Numbered from the stretch's first letter, positions 49,759-60,161 are shown. The stretch: DNA of 64,000 bases from Desulfosoma sp. (GCA_037481835.1 JBBFKW010000007.1:139763-203762); one strand, 5' to 3'. Notes: generated from the letters alone by a model not told the origin. Made by a program: numbers and translations.

Positions 49759-51225
49759 GTGGAACGGGCTCCCATGGCATCGGCACGACGGGCTCTGATT
49801 TCGGGACTTTTCCCGCGTCCTGTGGAATGCGCCGCCGTTTTTAACGACCTTCCCAACGCCGTCGTGTTTCTCTCTTTCGATCGACGCGTCCTCTACCTCA
49901 ACCGTGCCGCTGAAGTGCTCACAGGGCTCAGCCGCGAAGACGCCCAGGGCCTTCCGTGTCGGCATGTGGTGCGCAGCAGCGTGTGCGCCACACAGTGCCC
50001 CCTGGACGATCTTTCCCGGGATTCGGGCCCCGTGTGCCGCCAGGCCGATGTGATCAATCGAGACCGGCAGAGGGTTCCCGTTCGGCTGTGTTCCGTCATG
50101 CTTCGAGACGTCCGCGGGGCGGTTGTGGGGTTCATGGAGGTCCTGGAAGATCTGCGGTCCCTGGACGATCTGGAGACCCGCAAGGGGCAGGCCTACCAGT
50201 TTGGCCGCATCGTGGGGCGCAGCCCGGCCATGGAGCGCCTCTTCGCCATTCTTCCCGGGATCGCCCAGACGGATTCTTCGGTTCTCATCACCGGCGAGAC
50301 GGGCACTGGAAAAGACCTTCTGGCGGAAGCCATCCACCAGCTGTCCGCGCGGGCCAAAGGGCCCTTCGTGAAAGTCAACTGCGGGGCCTTGCCCGAAACA
50401 CTTCTGGAATCCGAACTCTTCGGGCATCAGAAAGGGGCGTTTACGGGAGCGACGGAAAACAAACCCGGGCGCTTCCGCCTCGCCCATAACGGCACCCTTT
50501 TCCTCACCGAAATCGGCGACCTGCCCTTGCCTTTGCAGGTCAAGCTCCTCACCTTCCTGGACGATCACGTCATCTATCCCCTGGGGTCCACCAAGGGCAT
50601 TCGCGTCGATGTGCGGGTCATCGCGGCGACGCACCGGGACCTGCAGGCCATGGTTCGGGACGGGAAATTCCGCCAGGATCTCCTCTATCGGCTGAACGTC
50701 GTGAGGGTTCACATTCCGCCGCTTCGGGAGAGAGGGGAAGACATCCGGCTGCTGCTGGACCATTTTCTGGCCGCCTTCGTGTCCGATTTCCACAAGCATA
50801 TCAAAGGATTTTCAAAAGATGCCCTGAAGTGCCTCCTGGAGTACCCCTATCCCGGCAACGTGCGGGAATTGAAAAACATTGTGGAATACGCCGTGAACGT
50901 GTGTCAGGAAGAGACGATCCAGATCCATCATCTGCCGTCTTACATGACCGAGGTCCCGGTGAAGATCGTGGCGCCGCCGCCTGAAAGCCGGGAGGCGGGA
51001 GGTGAAGAGGCGGTCTCCGAGGCGCCGGTTGTCGAGGAGGAAAAGGGCGGGGGCTGGACGTCCCTGGAACGGCGCCTGATAGTGGAGGCCTTGGTCCGGG
51101 CCAAGGGGCGGAGGGGCCGGGCCGCGCAGATCCTGGGCTGGGGCCGTTCCACCCTGTGGCGGAAGATGAAACAGCACGGGCTCTTGGAACGGGACGAGAA
51201 TGGATCGTCTCGGGGGGAGTCCTAG
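49759..51225 (+). CDS. PAS-containing sigma54 activator
   Basis: [22 protein letters not shown]-terminal Fis-type HTH. Confidence 0.92.
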   Translation: MERAPMASARRALISGLFPRPVECAAVFNDLPNAVVFLSFDRRVLYLNRAAEVLTGLSREDAQGLPCRHVVRSSVCATQCPLDDLSRDSGPVCRQADVINRDRQRVPVRLCSVMLRDVRGAVVGFMEVLEDLRSLDDLETRKGQAYQFGRIVGRSPAMERLFAILPGIAQTDSSVLITGETGTGKDLLAEAIHQLSARAKGPFVKVNCGALPETLLESELFGHQKGAFTGATENKPGRFRLAHNGTLFLTEIGDLPLPLQVKLLTFLDDHVIYPLGSTKGIRVDVRVIAATHRDLQAMVRDGKFRQDLLYRLNVVRVHIPPLRERGEDIRLLLDHFLAAFVSDFHKHIKGFSKDALKCLLEYPYPGNVRELKNIVEYAVNVCQEETIQIHHLPSYMTEVPVKIVAPPPESREAGGEEAVSEAPVVEEEKGGGWTSLERRLIVEALVRAKGRRGRAAQILGWGRSTLWRKMKQHGLLERDENGSSRGES

Positions 51226-51226
51226 G

Positions 51227-51574
51227 ATGCGCCGCGTCGTCGTTCCCGTGCACGGTGCGGAAGTCGCCCCGCGTTTCGATCTTGCCGCAGAAGTCTGGAT
51301 CGGACTCCAGGGACCGGACGGGTCCTTCGTGGAAGAGCGCACCGTCGTGCTTCCCCAGGCGTCGGCGGAAACCCTCTGCCATCTCATTCTTTCCGAAGGA
51401 GCCCATGTGCTGGTGTGCGGCGGTATCGAGCAGGAATATTTCGATTACCTGGTCTGGAAAAAGGTGACGGTCTACGACGGCGTGATCGCAACGGTCGCTG
51501 CGGTCAAAAAGGCCCTGGAAGAAGGGACGTTGACCTCGGGGGCGATCCTCATGGAACGACACATCGAGGGGTGA
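51227..51574 (+). CDS. NifB/NifX-like domain protein
   Basis: VAPRFD...VLVCGGI. Confidence 0.7.
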   Translation: MRRVVVPVHGAEVAPRFDLAAEVWIGLQGPDGSFVEERTVVLPQASAETLCHLILSEGAHVLVCGGIEQEYFDYLVWKKVTVYDGVIATVAAVKKALEEGTLTSGAILMERHIEG

Positions 51575-51578
51575 CGGG

Positions 51579-53315
51579 ATGTTTTTGGAGCGGTGGCTGC
51601 ACCAACTTCGAGCGACCTTGAGTTTCGACGTGGACGAGGCCAGTGCCGATCGATATCGGATCCTGCGGCGGAACCTTCTTGTCTTGATGGCCGTGGTCAC
51701 CCTCGTCCCCTTGGTGCTCATGGCGGCCATCAACTACTATGAATACCGCAAGGTCCTGAGCCACGAACTGGCCAGCCCCTTGCGCAACATCGTCAACAAG
51801 ACGAAGCATTCCTTCGAACTGTTCATCGCCGAAAGAAAGTCGGCGGTGAGTTTTATCGCCCGAGCCTACGGCTATCAGGAACTGGCCGATCCTCAACGGC
51901 TGAATCAGATCTTCCGGGTGGTCAAGCAGGAATTTTCCGGCTTCGTGGACTTGGGCCTGATCGATGCCCGCGGCGTCCAGGTCAACTACGTCGGCCCTTA
52001 TGATCTCAAGGGGAAGGACTATTCGGATCAGAATTGGTTTCACGAGGTGCGCATTCGCGGCACGTTCGTAAGCGATGTGTTCCTGGGATACCGGCGGTTT
52101 CCCCATGTGGTCATCGCCGTGGAACAGATGACGGCGGAAGGGGCGCGCTGGGTGCTGCGCGCCACCCTGGACACCCAAATGTTCAACGAACTCATCGCCT
52201 CCATGGGGCTGGACCCCGACAGCGACGCCTTCCTGGTCAATTACGACGGGGTTTTTCAGACGCCGTCGCGGTTTTACGGGGGTGTGCTGGAAAAGTGCCC
52301 CCTTGCCGTGCCCGCCGTGAGTTACCAAGCCACCGTGATTCCCGCCACGGATCCCACGGGCCGACCGGTTTTCGTCGCCTACGCCCATTTCGTCCACCCC
52401 AACTTCATCCTCATGGCCGTCAAGCCCCAAGCGGACCTGCTCCGGGCCTGGACCACGCTCAAAAGCGAACTGGTGGTCCTGTTCATCGGCGGCACGGGCC
52501 TGATCTTTTTCATCGTCTATTGGCTCACGGGAGTCCTGGTGCGCAAGGTGCGGGAAGCCGACGAAAGGCGGGAAGCCGCCTTTCAGGACATGCAGCACCA
52601 CCACAAGCTGTCTTCCATTGGACGGCTGGCGGCGGGGGTGGCTCACGAAATCAACAATCCTCTCGCCATCATCAACGAAAAGGCGGGCCTGATGCGGGAC
52701 CTCCTGGAGCGCGTCCCGGATTTCCCATACCGGGAAAAGTTCGAAAGTCTCATCGTGGCCATCCTCAATTCCGTGGACCGGTGCCGAAACATCACCCACC
52801 GGCTCCTTGGGTTTGCTCGAAGGATGGACGTCCAGATCGAAGTCCTCGACGTCAATGAAGTCATCCAGGAAGTGCTGGGGTTTCTCGAAAAAGAGGCCCT
52901 TTACCGCAACATCGACCTGCAGCTCAACCTGGCGCCCAATTTGCCCAGGATCGCCTCCGACCGCGGCCAGCTCCAACAGGTGTTCCTCAACATCCTCAAC
53001 AACGCCTTTGCAGCGGTCCCGGACGGGGGCCGGGTCATGGTGCGGACCTGGGACGCCGACGGGGATCGGGTCGGGGTGAGCATTCAGGACACCGGGCACG
53101 GCATGTCCTCGGAAACGCTCCGGCACATCTTCGAGCCTTTCTTTACGACGAAAAAAGGATCGGGCACGGGACTGGGGCTTCCCATCACCTACGGGATCGT
53201 GAAGAAACTGGGCGGGTGCATCGAGGTGCAGAGTGAAGAAGGCCGGGGAAGCACCTTCACCGTGTATCTGCCGAAAAAACCACCGAGCTTGGATGAAGGC
53301 GGAAATCTCCTCTGA
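51579..53315 (+). CDS. Membrane sensor histidine kinase (Cache-like domain)
   Basis: AHEINNPL, NILNNA, FTTKK.SGTGLGL. Confidence 0.92.
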   Translation: MFLERWLHQLRATLSFDVDEASADRYRILRRNLLVLMAVVTLVPLVLMAAINYYEYRKVLSHELASPLRNIVNKTKHSFELFIAERKSAVSFIARAYGYQELADPQRLNQIFRVVKQEFSGFVDLGLIDARGVQVNYVGPYDLKGKDYSDQNWFHEVRIRGTFVSDVFLGYRRFPHVVIAVEQMTAEGARWVLRATLDTQMFNELIASMGLDPDSDAFLVNYDGVFQTPSRFYGGVLEKCPLAVPAVSYQATVIPATDPTGRPVFVAYAHFVHPNFILMAVKPQADLLRAWTTLKSELVVLFIGGTGLIFFIVYWLTGVLVRKVREADERREAAFQDMQHHHKLSSIGRLAAGVAHEINNPLAIINEKAGLMRDLLERVPDFPYREKFESLIVAILNSVDRCRNITHRLLGFARRMDVQIEVLDVNEVIQEVLGFLEKEALYRNIDLQLNLAPNLPRIASDRGQLQQVFLNILNNAFAAVPDGGRVMVRTWDADGDRVGVSIQDTGHGMSSETLRHIFEPFFTTKKGSGTGLGLPITYGIVKKLGGCIEVQSEEGRGSTFTVYLPKKPPSLDEGGNLL

Positions 53316-53465
53316 GGCGAGGAATGTCCAGATGGGGATGATTGTTCGCAACTGAAGGGTGTTTTCGGCGCACCGTCACGGCGATGCGGTCATTCCACGG
53401 GGAACGGGGCCCGTGAGAGCCAAGGCGGTGAGTCAGGGGGGGGAGGAGCCGACGGAGGACGGACC

Positions 53466-53858
53466 ATGGAACAGTTTCGGGTGCTTTTGGTGGACGACGA
53501 AAGGGAATTCGTCACCACCCTGGGCGAGCGGTTGGAAATTCGGGGCCTTACCGTGCGCATCGCCTACGACGGCCTCGAGGCCTTAAAGGCTTTGGAGGAG
53601 AAGCCTTTCGACGTCGTGGTCCTGGATGTGCGCATGCCGGGGCTGAGCGGCCTGGAAATCCTCAAGCGCATGAAAACCAGCCGCCCGGAGGTTCCCGTCA
53701 TCCTCCTAACCGGGCACAGCGCGACGCGCGACGGCATCGAAGGCATGCGCCTCGGGGCCTTCGACTACCTCATGAAGCCCATCGACATCGACCGGCTGCT
53801 GGAAAAAATGCGGGAAGCCGTCCAGGGCCGGACGCCCGAACCGGCGGGAGGCCAGTGA
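53466..53858 (+). CDS. Single-domain response regulator
   Basis: VDDE, LDVRMP, LTGH, MKP. Confidence 0.92.
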   Translation: MEQFRVLLVDDEREFVTTLGERLEIRGLTVRIAYDGLEALKALEEKPFDVVVLDVRMPGLSGLEILKRMKTSRPEVPVILLTGHSATRDGIEGMRLGAFDYLMKPIDIDRLLEKMREAVQGRTPEPAGGQ

Positions 53859-54520
53859 TGCAAGAGGAAGTGCGCCACGACGCGGCGTTTATGGGAAAGA
53901 TCACGGCGGGGGCGACCCACGAGCTGAAAAACGTTTTGGCCATCGTGGGGGAATCGGCGGGGCTCCTGGAAGATTTGCTCCAGGCGCCGTCTTCTCGGGA
54001 TTTTCCCCATCGGGAGCGCATCCTCAAGGCGCTCACATCCATCCGCGACCAGGTGCGGCGGGGAACCCATATCCTGACTCAACTCAACCGCTTCGCCCAC
54101 GGAGCGGACAGCGACACGGCGTCCGTGCGCCTGGGGGACGTCCTGGAAAACCTCAAGGCCCTAAGCGACCGCTTTCTGCGGCAAAAGGCCCTGAGCCTGA
54201 CCCTTTCGGGGGCGCCCGGAGCCGACCAGGTCGCGGTCCAGGCCTGCCCCGTGTCGCTCCAAAGGCTCCTTTTCACCGGGCTCATGGCCCTCGCCCAAGA
54301 GGTTCCCCAAGGGGAGACTCTCTGCATCGAAACAGGCGCTGAGACGGATGGGCTGTGGTGCCGGTTGAGCCGTTCGAAGGGGGCTTTGGAAGAGGAAGCC
54401 GTGGGGGCGATCCGGCGAATTTTTGAGGACGAAAGCGCCGCTGCGCTCCGTGAGGCCCTCTCGGCCGACGTGAGGGTTTCCCGGGACGGGGTGCTTGTGC
54501 GGCTTCCCCGGTCCGGGTGA
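53855..54520 (+). CDS. HisKA protein with degenerate ATPase domain
   Basis: ATHELKNVLA H-box present; no N/G1/G2 boxes. Confidence 0.7.
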   Translation: MMQEEVRHDAAFMGKITAGATHELKNVLAIVGESAGLLEDLLQAPSSRDFPHRERILKALTSIRDQVRRGTHILTQLNRFAHGADSDTASVRLGDVLENLKALSDRFLRQKALSLTLSGAPGADQVAVQACPVSLQRLLFTGLMALAQEVPQGETLCIETGAETDGLWCRLSRSKGALEEEAVGAIRRIFEDESAAALREALSADVRVSRDGVLVRLPRSG

Positions 54521-54546
54521 GAGGGCGCTGCCGGGGAACGTCGCGA

Positions 54547-54609
54547 AATGTATCAAAGCGTCTCGACCCCGGGGCCGCGCATACGTACCATAATGTCTCA
54601 TTCTGTATC
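54547..54609 (+). promoter_or_regulatory. Candidate enhancer boxes
   Basis: Two AAT-GTMTC-N5-GTMTC boxes at 54547 and 54592. Confidence 0.45.
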
Positions 54610-54669
54610 ACATCGGGGCAATGGCCCCACGTATTTTCGTAATATTTTGAAATTCCAATCTTTTTCTTC

Positions 54670-54685
54670 TGGCACTCTTTGTGCA
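54670..54685 (+). promoter_or_regulatory. sigma54 -24/-12 promoter
   Basis: TGGCAC-TCTTT-GTGCA after an AT-rich tract. Confidence 0.65.
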
Positions 54686-54741
54686 ATCCTTTATGAGCGG
54701 CAGCACACGGATGGGAGCCCGGCATGCACAAGGAGGAAGCC

Positions 54742-55044
54742 ATGAAGAGCTGGAAGAAGAAGTTGGAAGACGTTTTTGCGGCGGCGGCCTTTGCCGAATC
54801 CCAGGTGGATCCGGCCAGTGTGCCGTCTTTGGGGTTTCGGCCGGTGGCCACCGGGCTGAAGCGCTTTTTGGAAGACCATTTTGCGGCCGTGGCCTTTGCG
54901 GAGGCCGATGAGGGCGGGGCGGCCCGGGCCTTGCTCCAGTCCGGCGAAGTGCCCCGTCGCCGCACCACCGCGGGGCTTGGCGACTTTTTGAGCGACGTGG
55001 GTCTGGCCGGGGTGCGGGTTCGGCTTTGCGTGGTCCAGGTCTAG
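54742..55044 (+). CDS. Small protein with two FAE motifs
   Basis: AGGAGG RBS; LEDVFAAAAFAES and LEDHFAAVAFAEADE. Confidence 0.75.
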   Translation: MKSWKKKLEDVFAAAAFAESQVDPASVPSLGFRPVATGLKRFLEDHFAAVAFAEADEGGAARALLQSGEVPRRRTTAGLGDFLSDVGLAGVRVRLCVVQV

Positions 55045-55062
55045 TCCGCCGGTTTGCGGGTC

Positions 55063-55608
55063 ATGAAAGGCTGCGTGCTGGTGGTGGCGCCGGACGAAGG
55101 CTTTCGGGCGGGCATCACGGCGCGCCTTCGCCAGGATGGGTATCGCGTGGTGGATGCCGCGGACCAGGCGGAAGCCATGGGGCTCTTGGACCATGAGCGG
55201 GTCGACGTGGTGGTGTGGCACTGCGCCCAAAACGACGGCTGGGGGTGGATCCTCCTGGATCATGTGCGCGGCCTGCCCGGGGCGCCTCCCGTGATCCTTT
55301 TGGTCCCCAAGGGCCAGGTCCAGCACGGCATTGAAGGGATGCGGCGCGGCGCCTTCGATGATCTGCTCGTCCCTTTCGCCTGGGAGAGCCTGCAGGAAAA
55401 AGTGGCGGCCGCGATGCGGTCCGCGCCCAAGGCGGCCAAGAAGAAGAAAACGCTGCGGCAGAGGTGGGAAGATTTCATGGTGGCGGCCGCCTTTGCCGAG
55501 GCGGGGGCGTCTGACGAGGCGCGCAGGCTGATAAAGGGCTCCGGGTCAAACACCGCGGAGGCGACAAGGTCTGAAAAAAAACGAGGCAAGGGCGAGGGCA
55601 AGGGATGA
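55063..55608 (+). CDS. Atypical (pseudo) receiver protein with FAEAG tail
   Basis: REC-like sequence lacking the phospho-Asp (VVVWHC) and the Lys (LLVP). Confidence 0.72.
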   Translation: MKGCVLVVAPDEGFRAGITARLRQDGYRVVDAADQAEAMGLLDHERVDVVVWHCAQNDGWGWILLDHVRGLPGAPPVILLVPKGQVQHGIEGMRRGAFDDLLVPFAWESLQEKVAAAMRSAPKAAKKKKTLRQRWEDFMVAAAFAEAGASDEARRLIKGSGSNTAEATRSEKKRGKGEGKG

Positions 55609-55669
55609 CCCCGCACGAACGGGGGTTTTTCTTTTTCGGCGAAACGAGAGGGACATCAAGGAGGGAGCC

Positions 55670-56131
55670 GTGGAAAAGAAGATCAAGGTGCTGTTGGTGG
55701 ACGACGAACAGGAGTTTGTCCAAACCCTTGCGGAACGCCTCAAGATGCGAGACCTGGGCCCGGATGTGGCCTACAACGGGGAACAGGCCCTGGAGTTGGT
55801 GAGCGATCAGGTGCCGGACGTGATGGTTTTGGATTTGCGCATGCCCGGAATCGACGGGATGGAAGTCCTGCGCCGGGTCCGCAAGAACTACCCCGACGTC
55901 CAGGTGATCATCCTTACGGGGCACGGATCCGACAAGGACGAGGAGGAGGCGCGGCGCCTGGGCGCTTTCGAGTACCTGCAAAAGCCCGTGGATGTGGACC
56001 ACCTGTTGAAGACCCTGCGCCTGGCGTACAAGAAGAAGATGGAAGACGCCATGGTGGCGGCGACCTTTGCGGAAGCCGGCGACTTTCGCACCGCTCGAGA
56101 AATCATGGACGAAGACAAGAAGGACGGGTGA
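55670..56131 (+). CDS. Response regulator with FAEAG tail
   Basis: VDDE, LDLRMP, QKP; MEDAMVAATFAEAG. Confidence 0.9.
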   Translation: MEKKIKVLLVDDEQEFVQTLAERLKMRDLGPDVAYNGEQALELVSDQVPDVMVLDLRMPGIDGMEVLRRVRKNYPDVQVIILTGHGSDKDEEEARRLGAFEYLQKPVDVDHLLKTLRLAYKKKMEDAMVAATFAEAGDFRTAREIMDEDKKDG

Positions 56132-56141
56132 GGGGGGTGTG

Positions 56142-56570
56142 ATGAAGGCCCATGTGATGGTGGTGGACGATGAAGTGGAGTTTGTGGACGTTCTGGCCGA
56201 GCGATTGGAGACTCGGGATTTCGTGGTTTATAAGGCTTACAGCGGCGACGAGGCCTTGAAGGAACTCGAGGCGCACAAAGTGGATGTGGTCGTTCTGGAT
56301 GTGGTCATGCCGGGCAAATCCGGCATCGAAACCCTCCACGAGATCAAGCACAAGCAGCCCCTTGTGGAAGTGATCATGCTCACCGGGCATGCCACGGTGG
56401 AAACGGCCATCGAGGGCATGAAACTGGGGGCCTACGACTACCTCATGAAGCCCACGGAAACGCCCGATCTGGTCCAAAAAATCAATGGGGCCGTAGCTCG
56501 CAAGCGGGAACACGAGGAGCGCATCCGCAAGGCGGAAATCAACGGGATCGTCAAGCGCAAGGGATGGTAG
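56142..56570 (+). CDS. Single-domain response regulator
   Basis: VDDE, LDVVMP, LTGH, MKP. Confidence 0.92.
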   Translation: MKAHVMVVDDEVEFVDVLAERLETRDFVVYKAYSGDEALKELEAHKVDVVVLDVVMPGKSGIETLHEIKHKQPLVEVIMLTGHATVETAIEGMKLGAYDYLMKPTETPDLVQKINGAVARKREHEERIRKAEINGIVKRKGW

Positions 56571-56612
56571 CCCGCCTACGGGGCGGTTTGGCGTGTCAAG
56601 GAGGAAGAGGCT

Positions 56613-57167
56613 GTGGGCGCGGATACGGTCAAGGAGTTGATGGTTCCTATTGAAGAGTATGCCTGTGTGTCTGAAGAAGCGACGCTTTACGAAGCGGTTC
56701 TGGCTTTGGAAGAAGCCCAGAAGAGGCCGACGACGCGGGCTTACAAGCATCGCGCCGTGTTGGTTTGCGATGCGTCCGGAAAAATCGTGGGCAAGGTGAG
56801 CCAGCTGGATGTGCTGCGGGCGTTGGAGCCCAAGTTCAAAAACCTGGGGGACGTGGGGCTCCTGGGGCGTTTCGGCCTGGGCCCCGATGTGGTCAAGATC
56901 ATCACGAAGGAACTGTCCATTCTGGAAAAGCCTTTGGACGACCTGTGCAAGAAGGCGGCCCGCATCCGGGTGCGGGACATCATGCACAGTCCCAGCTCGG
57001 GGGAATTCGTGCCGGAGACGGCGAGCCTGAACGAGGCCATTCAGCTCTTGGTTTTGGGCCCTCACCAGTCCCTTTTGGTGACGCGAGGGCACGCCATTGT
57101 GGGAGTGTTGCGGCTCACCGATGTCTATACGGAAATCAGCGAACGCATCAAAGCGTGTCCGCTCTAA
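56613..57167 (+). CDS. CBS-domain protein
   Basis: TVKELM...VRDIM..IVGVLRLTD. Confidence 0.85.
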   Translation: MGADTVKELMVPIEEYACVSEEATLYEAVLALEEAQKRPTTRAYKHRAVLVCDASGKIVGKVSQLDVLRALEPKFKNLGDVGLLGRFGLGPDVVKIITKELSILEKPLDDLCKKAARIRVRDIMHSPSSGEFVPETASLNEAIQLLVLGPHQSLLVTRGHAIVGVLRLTDVYTEISERIKACPL

Positions 57168-57170
57168 CCG

Positions 57171-58670
57171 ATGAGTGAACCATTGCGGAGGATGAACATG
57201 CACGATGTGGCGGTCAGTGCCCAAAGCCGTGTGGACTGGAAGCGGCTCTGTTTTATGCTCGTCGGTCCTTTGTTGTTTTTTCTGGTTTACTATTCACCCC
57301 CTTGGGCGGACGCCGTGGATCCCATGGGCAAGCATTTTCCCCTGTCCAAGGAAGCCAAGGGGGCCGTGGCGGTTTTCTTGTGGGCCGGCACGTGGTGGGT
57401 CTTTGAAGTGGTGCCCATCGGGGTGACGAGCCTGCTTATCGGCGTGCTCCAGGCCCTTTTCATGGTCCGTCCGGCCAAGGCCGCCTTCAAGGACTTCATG
57501 GATCCGTCCGTCCTCTTTATTTTCGGGTCGGTTGTGATAGGGATGGTTTTCACAAAAACGGGCCTCACCCGGCGCCTCGCCTACAAGATGCTCCGCATCG
57601 TGGGCGAAAAAACGAGCAACATCCTCTTGGGATGTTTTGTGGTGACGGCGGCGCTTACCCACATCATGGCCCACACGGCCGTGGCGGCCACCATCTTCCC
57701 GCTGCTCGTGTCCATTTATTCCCTGTATGGCGAAAACAACGGACCCACAAAATTCGGCAAGGCCATGTTCATGGGAATGGCCTACGTGGCCGGGGCCGGC
57801 AGCATCATCACCTTGCTCGGTGCCGCCCGGGGTGCCGTGGCCATCGGGTTTTTCAACGAAATCGCCCATAAGAACGTGAGTTTCTTCGAACTGACCTACT
57901 ACATGTTCCCCGTCGGCTGGGTCATGGTGTTCCTCTTGTGGGGCTTCTTCATGCTCTTTTGCCGACCGGAAAAGAAAGTGATTCCGGGCCTGAGGGAAAG
58001 GGCTGCGGCCTTGGAAGCCCAGTTGGGTTCCATCACAGCCAAGGAAATCCTCGCCTCTGTGATCGTCGCGGCGGTGATTCTGCTCATGAGCTTGAAATCT
58101 TTCATCCCCGCCCTGGATCCCTTGGACAAGACGGCAATCATCCTGTGTTCCACCATCTTGTTTTTCGTCACCGGCATCTTGGACATTCGGGATCTGGAAG
58201 AAATTCCCTGGAACGTGATTCTCCTCTTTGCCGGTGCCATGAGCATCGGGTTTTGCTTGTGGGAGACGGGGGCGGCCAAATGGCTGGCCGTCAATTGGCT
58301 CACCATGTTCCAAAAGGCCAACTGGTTCGTGTTCGTCTTGAGCATGTCCTTTTTCGTCTTGGTGATGACCAACTTCATCATGAACGTGGCGGCCATCGCC
58401 ATTTCGTTGCCGGTGGCCCTGGTCATCGCCCCCTATCTGGGGGTGGCCCCGGAGGTGATCTTTTATGCCTCTCTGGTGACGGCCGGCATGCCTTTTCTGC
58501 TGCTGGTGGGCGCGGCCCCCAACGCCATCGCCTATGAATCCAAGCAGTTTACGGCCGGGGAATTTTTCCTGTACGGCATCCCGGCAAGCATTCTGCTCAT
58601 GGTGGTCCTGGGGCTCTTTGTCGGCGTCATCTGGCCGCTCATGGGCATGCCCGTGACCCTCAAAGGGTAA
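57171..58670 (+). CDS. SLC13/DASS-family anion transporter
   Basis: Multi-TM; AHTA and AAPNAIAY motifs. Confidence 0.85.
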   Translation: MSEPLRRMNMHDVAVSAQSRVDWKRLCFMLVGPLLFFLVYYSPPWADAVDPMGKHFPLSKEAKGAVAVFLWAGTWWVFEVVPIGVTSLLIGVLQALFMVRPAKAAFKDFMDPSVLFIFGSVVIGMVFTKTGLTRRLAYKMLRIVGEKTSNILLGCFVVTAALTHIMAHTAVAATIFPLLVSIYSLYGENNGPTKFGKAMFMGMAYVAGAGSIITLLGAARGAVAIGFFNEIAHKNVSFFELTYYMFPVGWVMVFLLWGFFMLFCRPEKKVIPGLRERAAALEAQLGSITAKEILASVIVAAVILLMSLKSFIPALDPLDKTAIILCSTILFFVTGILDIRDLEEIPWNVILLFAGAMSIGFCLWETGAAKWLAVNWLTMFQKANWFVFVLSMSFFVLVMTNFIMNVAAIAISLPVALVIAPYLGVAPEVIFYASLVTAGMPFLLLVGAAPNAIAYESKQFTAGEFFLYGIPASILLMVVLGLFVGVIWPLMGMPVTLKG

Positions 58671-58679
58671 AGGAAACCG

Positions 58680-58712
58680 AAAGCCCGGGGTCCGACGACC
58701 CTGGGCTTTTTC
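58680..58712 (+). terminator. Intrinsic terminator-like hairpin
   Basis: AAAGCCCGGGGTC/GACCCTGGGCTTT followed by T-run. Confidence 0.6.
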
Positions 58713-58739
58713 GTCAACGCTTCAGGGAGGCATCCGACC

Positions 58740-60161
58740 ATGTATCGCATCGAAAAATTGATCGACCGAATCATCGATCGGGTGAACATCAATCTGAGGG
58801 AGCCGGCCTTCGACGTGGGACCTTACGTGCGTCACTTAATTCCACTAGAGCAGTTTAGCAAGTTTTATGCGTTTTACGGTCTGACGCCCCATCATCCGCT
58901 GCACTTCTTCTTCACCCATTCCAGCCTGGCGGGGAGCTATTTTCTCGGCCGGTGCACGGTGGACCACTCGGTGCTTTACAAGAGCGACCTGCGCGGTGAC
59001 GAACTCAAACGCAAAGGCGACCTCTTTCATTACCGCGGCATTCGGATTCCGCTCCACGACGATGAGGCCATCGTCGTGAAGGACAGTTTCCTTATCAAAA
59101 CGCTGGTCCACAACAATTCCCACGACCCCGAGAGTCCGGAGGAGTTCCGGATCCAAAACACCGTGGCCCTGCATTACGCCAACATTCACGGCTCGCCCGT
59201 GGAGGGCTGTTTTCTCGGTCCTTTCGCCACGGTGGACTTGACCACGGTCCACGACTGCGTCATCGGGGAGTTTTCCTATGTGCAGGTAGGGGAGCTGTCC
59301 CACGAACAGGTGCCGCCCGGCACCGTCTGGATCCGTTCCAAAGGGGATTTTGAATTCATCTATCGATTTCCGGAAGACGTCCTCGCGCGTTACATCACGG
59401 TTCGCCCGGGCGCCGTCCCCGAAGGTGAGCTCATGGATTTCGTGGAAAGCCGAAAAGAAGAGTTCCAGGCGGTTTTCGATTCGGTGACGTGCTGTTCGGG
59501 CCTTCCCATTCCCGATGGCGCTTCCGTGAGCCGATACGCTGTCGTCAAGGGTTCGAGCACCATCGGCGAAAATGTTCTCGTGGCCCAGCGGGCCTACCTT
59601 ATGGACGCCTGGATGGGCCGCGGGGCCAACGCTCAAGAAAATTGCTATATCGTGGATGCCCAGTTGGAAGGCTACAATGTCACGGCCCATGGGGGGAAAA
59701 TCATCGGGGCGAAGCTTGGGGAAAAGGTCTTCGTGGGCTTTAACGCTTTTGTGCGGGGATCCCAGAGCGCCCCGCTCGTCATTGGAGAAGGGTCCATCGT
59801 CATGCCCCACACCCTTATCGACCTGGAGGAAGCCGTAACCATTCCCCCGCGGCATGTGGTCTGGGGATGTGTCCGCAAAGCCCAAGACCTCGAGGAAAAC
59901 AGCGTTGCCATGGACGACCTGGCGGCCTGCGAGGGGGGGCTCACGCGGGGGCTCATGTCCTTTCGCGGCAGCGGATCGGCGTTCATCCGGGGCTTTCAAC
60001 ACCGCATCGAGCACATTCTGGAAGAAAATGGAGCCTATTACGACGGCCGCCATTTCATGGGACATGCCCAAAAGGGCCAGAACATCGCCTTCAACCTTAT
60101 TCAGCCCTATCCCGAAGGAGACATGAAGGGCATGTACCCCACCATTGACATTCGACCCTGA
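58740..60161 (+). CDS. Hexapeptide-repeat (LbH) protein, gamma-carbonic-anhydrase-like
   Basis: Beta-helix repeats IGENVLV, QENC, TAHGG, VFVGFNA, IGEGSIV. Confidence 0.7.
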   Translation: MYRIEKLIDRIIDRVNINLREPAFDVGPYVRHLIPLEQFSKFYAFYGLTPHHPLHFFFTHSSLAGSYFLGRCTVDHSVLYKSDLRGDELKRKGDLFHYRGIRIPLHDDEAIVVKDSFLIKTLVHNNSHDPESPEEFRIQNTVALHYANIHGSPVEGCFLGPFATVDLTTVHDCVIGEFSYVQVGELSHEQVPPGTVWIRSKGDFEFIYRFPEDVLARYITVRPGAVPEGELMDFVESRKEEFQAVFDSVTCCSGLPIPDGASVSRYAVVKGSSTIGENVLVAQRAYLMDAWMGRGANAQENCYIVDAQLEGYNVTAHGGKIIGAKLGEKVFVGFNAFVRGSQSAPLVIGEGSIVMPHTLIDLEEAVTIPPRHVVWGCVRKAQDLEENSVAMDDLAACEGGLTRGLMSFRGSGSAFIRGFQHRIEHILEENGAYYDGRHFMGHAQKGQNIAFNLIQPYPEGDMKGMYPTIDIRP

